Shown: positions 10,292-16,037 of the stretch, in pieces
Layout: the number at the start of each line of letters is the position of its first letter
Position numbering within the stretch: the first letter of the stretch is position 1
Assembly (NCBI GenBank): GCA_002368175.1
Contig: AP018172.1
Coordinates: 8,574,327 to 8,606,326, forward strand
Length of the DNA stretch: 32,000 nt
From: Calothrix sp. NIES-2098
GTDB taxonomy: Bacteria; Cyanobacteriota; Cyanobacteriia; Cyanobacteriales; Nostocaceae
Reading direction: 5' to 3'
Program-made: the position numbers and the translations under genes
Notes under the pieces: model-generated
What the model was told of the DNA's origin: nothing
What the model saw: the letters and a program-made list of their open reading frames with translations, nothing else
Database searches by the model: none

Positions 10292-10379
10292 AATGCGATC
10301 GCGTAGTCACTATAGCGAAAAATTATCCTCCCTACTCAAATTGTTAAAAGTATTTAGGATGATAAGGATAAATGGAAAA

Positions 10380-10778
10380 ATGACCCGTACTTTTAATCCT
10401 GAATCTTACGGTAAATTGCTAGCTGAGTATCAACCAAAAACGATTATCACAGAAGAAGAAAACGAAGCAGCAATCAGACTGGCTTTAACCTTAGAACATC
10501 GTCCCAATCGGACACCAGAAGAAGATATGTTGTTGGAACTGCTACTAACGCTAATCGAAAAGTTTGAAGAAACCCATTACCCAATTCCTCAAGGTGCGCC
10601 AAATTCGATGTTAATTCATCTGATGGACGCAAAAGATGTGACGACAGAAGCATTAGCTAATGTAATTGGATCGTTGGAAGTTGTGCGGGAAATTATTAAT
10701 GGCGATCGCACTATTAGTAAGACTCAAGCAGAAGCGCTTGCAAACCATTTTAATGTAGATGCTAGTTTATTTATCTAG
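10380..10778 (+). CDS. HigA-like antitoxin / XRE-type HTH protein (solo)
   Basis: The track ORF starts at 10257, which would overlap the divergent CapK-like gene. The internal ATG at 10380 (MTRTFNPESYGKLLAEYQPKTIITEEENEAAI) gives a 132-aa protein. It has the layout of COG5499-type antitoxins, with the C-terminal HTH LMDAKDVTTEALANVIGSLEVVREIINGDRTISKTQAEALANHFNV. No toxin ORF is adjacent. Confidence 0.7.
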   Translation: MTRTFNPESYGKLLAEYQPKTIITEEENEAAIRLALTLEHRPNRTPEEDMLLELLLTLIEKFEETHYPIPQGAPNSMLIHLMDAKDVTTEALANVIGSLEVVREIINGDRTISKTQAEALANHFNVDASLFI

Positions 10779-10933
10779 CTGATTTAAAAAATGACAAAAA
10801 AATCCAATTAAATAATAGGCGATCGCACCCGCCTTACAAGTTAAATCTTAATAAATTTGGATTATTTCTTTCCAAATGAGTTGAGCTAAATTACAATTGC
10901 TACCAGTATAATCTCGGATTTCGTGCTGAAAAT

Positions 10934-11308
10934 ATGGAGCCTGTAACACTGACAGCAGCTGCTATTGCTACTTTAGTCATTACAAAAGCTTTTGAAAAGA
11001 CTGGTGAAATCCTGGGCGAGAAGGCTTTAGAGGAAGGTGGTAAGTTATTCTCTTTGCTCAAGGATAAAGCACCCAATACGGCGGCCGCTATTGAACTGGC
11101 TCAAACACAACCTTTAGATTACGGTCAAGCTTACCTGATTGGGCAGCAAGTAGAGGAAGCAGCAAAGAAAGATGATGAAATAGCTGAAGCTGTCGCAGCA
11201 TTAGCCAAGGAAGCACAACCGCAATTAACCCAAACTATTGAAAATTATCAAGGGATAAATATTAAAGGCGGAACTAATACTATTTCTGGCAATACCTTTA
11301 ACTTTTGA
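10934..11308 (+). CDS. Small helical protein with hydrophobic N-terminal helix and G/N-rich C-terminal motif; candidate N-terminal effector module of the downstream NB-ARC protein
   Basis: 124-aa ORF: MEPVTLTAAAIATLVITKAFEKTGE, then Ala/Glu-rich helices, ending GINIKGGTNTISGNTFNF. Its TGA stop (11306-11308) is in the same reading frame as the following NB-ARC ORF, and there are no other stops between them. Confidence 0.6.
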   Translation: MEPVTLTAAAIATLVITKAFEKTGEILGEKALEEGGKLFSLLKDKAPNTAAAIELAQTQPLDYGQAYLIGQQVEEAAKKDDEIAEAVAALAKEAQPQLTQTIENYQGINIKGGTNTISGNTFNF

Positions 11309-11368
11309 CTACCGTCGCCTGAACGGGAACAGGTAAAGTCTCATCCCCAGAGTGAAATACCGCAAAAT

Positions 11369-13690
11369 TTGCCCCTGAGTGGGGTAGTGGAATTTGTGGG
11401 ACGTGGGGAAGAATTGCAGAACCTCCACAAACTTTTGCAGCAAAATCAACAAGTAGCCATTGCAGCTATTGCAGGGATGGGTGGTGTTGGGAAAACAGAA
11501 CTGGCGTTGCAATATGCCATTAAGTACCGCGACAATTATCAAGGTGGAATTTGCTGGTTGTTGCCCAAATCTGGGGATATTGGCGTGCAAATTGTCCAGT
11601 TTGCGAGGACGCAGCTTGATTTAAACCCGCCAACAGATGTAGATTTACCCGCGCAAGTGCAATTTTGCTGGTGGCGTTGGCGTGAGGGTGAAGTGCTGCT
11701 GGTGTTGGATGATGTTGCTGATTACCAGGAAGTTAAACCTTACTTTGTGTCGCTATCTTCTCGGTTCAAAATCCTGATTACCACCCGCCAGCACTGGGGA
11801 AGGATAGCAGAATTATCCTTAGATGTTCTGCAACCAGAGGCGGCGCTGGAATTATTAAAGTCAATTATTGGGGTAGACAGGTTTGAAAGGGAAAATCAAC
11901 GCAACCCCCAGGTAGCATTACAGTTATGTGAGTGGCTGGGATATTTGCCTTTGGGTTTGGAGTTGGTGGGGCGGTATTTAGAGCAAGACCCAGATTTAAC
12001 ATTAGAGAGAATGCTATCTCGATTACAGCATGATGGCTTGCGAGATAAATCCATATATGCTGCTGAAGCAACAATGACAGCAAAGCTTGGTGTTGAAGCT
12101 GCTTTTAATTTAAGTTGGCAACAATTAGATGCAGCAACTCAAGAATTAGGTTGTTTGCTGAGTTTATTTGCTACAGCACCTATCACTTGGGAACTGGTGG
12201 GAAAGGTTCTGGAAGCATATCGCGCTTTAACTCGCAACTCTAATAGTGTTTTTAAAGGGTTCCAAAAACTTTTTACTTTCTTTAGCAAACAAAATCATCA
12301 GCAGTCTGACAAATCATTTCACCTCAATACAGATATTTCCCTTGAGGAAGCCAAAATTAATTTGCTGCGTTGGCATTTACTCCAGCGCCAAGGTGAAGGA
12401 ATTTACCAACTACATCCCTTGCTGCGGGAGTTTTTCCAAAGTCAGCTTAAAAGCTTAGAACCAGCAGAGGAATTTAAGCGTTCTTTCTGCAAGGTAATGA
12501 TAGCAGTTGCCAAAACAATTCCTCAAACCCCTACCCTTGAACAAATTAACTATGTTACCCCCGCCATACCTCATATAACTGAAGTAGCAGACAATCTTAT
12601 CAAAGATGTTAACGATGATGATTTAATTTGGCCTTTCATCGGCAATGCCCGATTTTATAATGGTCAAGGATTATATGATAAAGCAGCACCTTGGTATCAG
12701 CAAAGTCTAGAAGTTACCAAAAACCGCTTAGGGGAATCACATCCACTTGTTGCTACTAGCCTCAACAATCTGGCGGAACTCTACCGTTCCCAAGGTAGAT
12801 ACAGCGAAGCCGAACCTTTGTATGTGCAAGCTTTAGAATTATGGCGACGAAGCTTGGGGGAATCACATCCACTTGTTGCTACTAGCTTGAACAATCTGGC
12901 AATACTCTACCTTTCCCAAGGTAGATACAGCGAAGCTGAACCTTTGTATGTGCAAGCTTTAGAACTCAGGCGACGAAGCTTGGGGGAATCACATCCACTT
13001 GTTGCTACTAGCCTGAACAATCTGGCGGAACTCTACCGTTCCCAAGGTAGATACAGCGAAGCCGAATCTTTGTATGTGCAAGCTTTAGAACTCAGGCAAC
13101 GAAGCTTGGGAAAATCACATCCACTTGTTGCTACTAGCCTGAACAATCTCGCGGAACTCCACCATTCCCAAGGTAGATACAGCGAAGCCGAACTTTTGTC
13201 TGTGCAAGCTTTAGAGCTATTGCAACGAAGCTTGGGGGAATCACATCCACTTGTTGCTACTAGCCTGAACAATCTGGCGGCACTCTACCGTTCCCAAGGT
13301 AGATACAGCGAAGCCGAACCTTTGTATGTGCAAGCTTTAGAACTCAGGCGACGCATACTGGGGGAATCACATCCAGATTTTGCTACTAGCCTGAACAATC
13401 TCGCCGGACTCTACAAATCCCAAGGCAGATACAGCGAAGCTGAACCTTTGTATGTGCAAGCTTTAGAACTCAGGCGACGCATACTGGGGGAATCACATCC
13501 AGATTTTGCTACTAGCCTGAACAATCTCGCCGGACTCTACGATTCCCAAGGCAGATACAGCGAAGCTGAACCTTTGTATGTGCAAGCTTTGAATATTTTT
13601 GAGCGACAATTAGGGGTGAATCATCGCCATAGTGTTACTGTACGTGGAAATTTAGCATATTTTCGCGCTCAGTTCTCTTCAGAACAGTAA
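11369..13690 (+). CDS. STAND NTPase: NB-ARC domain + winged-helix/helical region + about 9 TPR (kinesin-light-chain type) repeats; NLR-like
   Basis: P-loop: IAGMGGVGKTELA. Walker B: VLLVLDDVADY. RNBS-B-like: FKILITTRQ. GLPL: GYLPLGLELVG. MHD-like: YQLHPLLREFF. After these come repeated 42-aa TPR units (GESHPLVATSLNNLAELYRSQGRYSEAEPLYVQALELRRRSL). The track start is a TTG. The frame is open upstream to the TGA at 11306, and there is no ATG before the P-loop. Confidence 0.88.
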   Translation: MPLSGVVEFVGRGEELQNLHKLLQQNQQVAIAAIAGMGGVGKTELALQYAIKYRDNYQGGICWLLPKSGDIGVQIVQFARTQLDLNPPTDVDLPAQVQFCWWRWREGEVLLVLDDVADYQEVKPYFVSLSSRFKILITTRQHWGRIAELSLDVLQPEAALELLKSIIGVDRFERENQRNPQVALQLCEWLGYLPLGLELVGRYLEQDPDLTLERMLSRLQHDGLRDKSIYAAEATMTAKLGVEAAFNLSWQQLDAATQELGCLLSLFATAPITWELVGKVLEAYRALTRNSNSVFKGFQKLFTFFSKQNHQQSDKSFHLNTDISLEEAKINLLRWHLLQRQGEGIYQLHPLLREFFQSQLKSLEPAEEFKRSFCKVMIAVAKTIPQTPTLEQINYVTPAIPHITEVADNLIKDVNDDDLIWPFIGNARFYNGQGLYDKAAPWYQQSLEVTKNRLGESHPLVATSLNNLAELYRSQGRYSEAEPLYVQALELWRRSLGESHPLVATSLNNLAILYLSQGRYSEAEPLYVQALELRRRSLGESHPLVATSLNNLAELYRSQGRYSEAESLYVQALELRQRSLGKSHPLVATSLNNLAELHHSQGRYSEAELLSVQALELLQRSLGESHPLVATSLNNLAALYRSQGRYSEAEPLYVQALELRRRILGESHPDFATSLNNLAGLYKSQGRYSEAEPLYVQALELRRRILGESHPDFATSLNNLAGLYDSQGRYSEAEPLYVQALNIFERQLGVNHRHSVTVRGNLAYFRAQFSSEQ
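12731..13612 (+). repeat. Seven tandem near-identical 126-bp coding repeats (TPR units)
   Basis: GGGGAATCACATCC recurs at 12731, 12857, 12983 (the 13109 unit reads GGGAAAATCACATCC), 13235, 13361 and 13487. A degenerate unit starts at 13613. The last two units share an identical stretch of roughly 90 nt (about 13321-13414 versus 13447-13540). Confidence 0.95.
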
Positions 13691-13730
13691 AACTCTAGTT
13701 CTCAACCTCATCATTCAAGCTTTTATCTTC

Positions 13731-13936
13731 AAGTTCCGTGTTCTGAACTCAAAGTTTCATGTTCCAAACGAGAACGTTCCAGTTTTTAGCTCCAAGTTCC
13801 GTGTTCTGAACTCGAAATTTCATGTTCCAAATGAGAACGTTCCAGTTTTTAGCTCGAAGTTCCGTGTTCTGAACTCAAAGTTTTATGTTCCAAACGAGAA
13901 CGTTCCTATTTTTAGCTCGAAGTTTCGTGTTCTGAG
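13731..13936. repeat. Non-coding tandem repeat, 63-bp unit, 3 full copies plus a partial fourth
   Basis: The unit is AAGTTCCGTGTTCTGAACTCAAAGTTTCATGTTCCAAACGAGAACGTTCCAGTTTTTAGCTCC, starting at 13731, 13794, 13857 and 13920. It is rich in GTTC/GAAC half-sites, including the palindromes GTTCTGAAC and GAACGTTC. Each unit ends in a T5 run. Confidence 0.95.
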
Positions 13937-14225
13937 GTGGAATGATGGAGTTAAGAAGGCGATCGCTCCCTTAAAATTCTCTATGATATGCTGTGCGATC
14001 GCAAAACTTCAGCTTACATCAGTCTCATTTTAGTGAATCGGTGCGATCGCTTGATTCTATAGGCAATTGCCTGACTCGAACCAGTCGATTGCTTCACATG
14101 AATAATTGTTGTTGCTTACAAGCCATACCTACTTGCTACACAGTGTGAGAAATTGCGAAAATTTCTGTAAATGGAACTTTCGCTCTTGTAGCAATTTCTA
14201 AAAACCTAGTTTATCCTTCAACGCC

Positions 14226-15905
14226 ATGCAAGTCTATTGCACAAAACAACACGTAAATAATGGCAGTAACCGTTTTTGTACGCACTGCGGTGAACCCTTG
14301 CCTCTTCCTGTAGGGCAGCTGGTGGATAAACGCTACAAAATTATACGTCAATTAGGTGAAGGTGGTTTTGGGCGTACTTATTTGGCTGAGGATCGAAATC
14401 AATCTAACCAACAATGCGTACTTAAAGAATTTGCACCGCAAGTACAAGAACAGCAAGATTTACAAAAAGCTAAAGAGTTATTTGAGCGTGAAGCAAATGT
14501 CCTCAAAAAACTCCAGCATCCGCAAATCCCTAAGTTTCACGCCTCGCTACAAGAGAAGTTAGGGGGTAGAGATTTTTTCTTTTTAGTACAAGATTATATA
14601 GATGGTGATAATTATCGCCAGTTGTTAGAACAGCGTCAAAGTCAAGGACAGACTTTTAGTGAAGAAGAAGTACTGACATTATTAGAAAAAATCTTACCTG
14701 TGCTGTCCTATTTGCATTCCAAAGATGTAGTTCATCGCGATATTTCACCAGAGAATTTAATCTGGCGGCGTTCTGATAATTTACCAATATTAATTGACTT
14801 TGGTGGAGTGAAACAATTACCAGCTTCTCAAGGTTTTTGGTTTACCCAGTTGGCGGTAAATCATACTTTATTAGGGAAAAAAGGCTATGCTCCAGAAGAA
14901 CAACTAAGACAAGGCAAAGTTTTTTTTAGTAGCGATTTATATTCTTTAGCAGTGACAGCTTTGGTGCTGCTGACTGGAAAGGAACCACAAATGCTTTATG
15001 ACAGCTACCAAGGAATTTGGCTTTGGGGAAAAGAAATCAAAGTCAGTCCCAAGCTAGAAGCAGTGTTAAAAAAGATGTTGGCGTATCAACCTAACGCTCG
15101 CTATCAAAATGCTAGTCAAGTATTGAAAGATTTACCTTCAAAAGTTGCTACTAAACAACCAAATCCTTACATTACCAAAATTAAGACGATGGTGGTTGCT
15201 CCAGGGCGCAAACAGACTAATCAAATTATTAGTAAAATCCATAGCAAAACGCAACTAATAGCTAATAAAATGCCTCTTCCTGCTTGGCTGCGTCCTTTTG
15301 CTGTGAGTCTGGGAGGAACGGCTGTAGTAGTTTTAGTTGGTGTAGGCAGCTTTGCGGTAGTAAATGGCATTATTCGCAGTATATCGTCAATTTCTCTCCC
15401 AAAAATCCCATCAATATCGCTTCCTGCAAGTAAACCAGTTAGCGATAAAGGAACGAGTCGCATTAGTCAAATTTTAAGCCGCCGCCAACAACTGGAAATT
15501 CCCGAAGGATTTTTCATCCGCATGGTAGATAATTTGTTCTATTCACAAAAGCCAGAATTACAAGGACGCAGCCTGACCTCTAAACCAGAAGATGCCGCAT
15601 TACGAGATGAATGGTATGGTATTGCCGAAAACTTGTTGCAAAAACTGGAACAAGCTAATCTCAGTTCAGCGGCTCGTCGTAAACTAGGAAGCTACAGTCA
15701 GAGAGATTACGATACTTGGAGGCAACAAGCACGCAATGGACAGTTTGGTAACTATACAATAAATCAATTAACAAAAGATACATACGAACAATTCGATCGC
15801 TTGTTTCCCGGTCAGCCGCGTGGGAAACTGAATCAACAAACTTACGGTCAGATTTGGTATGCGATCGCAGCCGATCGAGTAAGTAAGGTACAATCTGGCA
15901 ACTAA
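14226..15905 (+). CDS. Membrane Ser/Thr protein kinase with N-terminal CHCC zinc ribbon and extracytoplasmic C-terminal domain
   Basis: Zinc ribbon: YCTKQHVNNGSNRFCTHCGEPL. Gly loop: LGEGGFGRTY. VAIK-type Lys: CVLKEF. Catalytic loop: HRDISPENL. DFG: LIDFGGV. APE-like: GYAPEEQ. TM helix: FAVSLGGTAVVVLVGVGSFAVV. The roughly 150-aa C-terminal domain is shared with the next gene. Confidence 0.9.
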   Translation: MQVYCTKQHVNNGSNRFCTHCGEPLPLPVGQLVDKRYKIIRQLGEGGFGRTYLAEDRNQSNQQCVLKEFAPQVQEQQDLQKAKELFEREANVLKKLQHPQIPKFHASLQEKLGGRDFFFLVQDYIDGDNYRQLLEQRQSQGQTFSEEEVLTLLEKILPVLSYLHSKDVVHRDISPENLIWRRSDNLPILIDFGGVKQLPASQGFWFTQLAVNHTLLGKKGYAPEEQLRQGKVFFSSDLYSLAVTALVLLTGKEPQMLYDSYQGIWLWGKEIKVSPKLEAVLKKMLAYQPNARYQNASQVLKDLPSKVATKQPNPYITKIKTMVVAPGRKQTNQIISKIHSKTQLIANKMPLPAWLRPFAVSLGGTAVVVLVGVGSFAVVNGIIRSISSISLPKIPSISLPASKPVSDKGTSRISQILSRRQQLEIPEGFFIRMVDNLFYSQKPELQGRSLTSKPEDAALRDEWYGIAENLLQKLEQANLSSAARRKLGSYSQRDYDTWRQQARNGQFGNYTINQLTKDTYEQFDRLFPGQPRGKLNQQTYGQIWYAIAADRVSKVQSGN

Positions 15906-15910
15906 GGAGC

Positions 15911-16036
15911 AGATGAGGGGAATGAGGAGGATGAGAGATTGTGGGGAGTGTGGGGAGTGTGGGGAGAAATCACTAATAAATCTTGACTCTGGACTCTTGA
16001 CGAATGACAAATGACTAATGACTATTAACTAATTAA
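15911..16036. repeat. Short tandem repeats (STRR-like) in the intergenic spacer
   Basis: ATGAGG-type repeats occur at 15913-15937. TGTGGGGAG occurs three times at 15940-15966. AATGAC(A/T) heptamers occur three times around 16003-16023. Such repeats are typical of heterocystous cyanobacterial intergenic regions. Confidence 0.8.
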
Positions 16037-16037
16037 T

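Noticed and set aside
10257-10379. Extended 173-aa version of the HigA-like ORF
   Set aside because: The upstream 41 codons overlap the 5' end of the divergent CapK-like gene and encode an implausible peptide (MLFMMLFLECDKMRSRSH...). The internal ATG at 10380 gives a family-typical length.
10292-10933. Complete type II toxin-antitoxin module
   Set aside because: Only the antitoxin-like HTH gene is present. No toxin-sized ORF lies on either side.
11306-11308. Selenocysteine recoding of the in-frame TGA
   Set aside because: I could not see a convincing SECIS-like stem-loop in the ~50 nt downstream. A Sec residue in an interdomain linker has no functional rationale. A nonsense mutation, read-through or re-initiation are more plausible, but this is not excluded without a search for selA/selB/selC in the genome.
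11309-13272. Minus-strand ORFs 11309-11590, 11865-12083 and 13033-13272, and + strand ORF 12246-12458, inside the NB-ARC/TPR gene
   Set aside because: They are shadow ORFs. The NB-ARC/TPR frame carries all the canonical motifs. ORF 13033-13272 is simply the antisense of the repeated TPR DNA.
13731-13936. The 63-bp tandem array as a second CRISPR-like array or a coding repeat
   Set aside because: The units are directly adjacent with no unique spacers, and every frame contains stops. It is therefore neither a CRISPR array nor a protein repeat.
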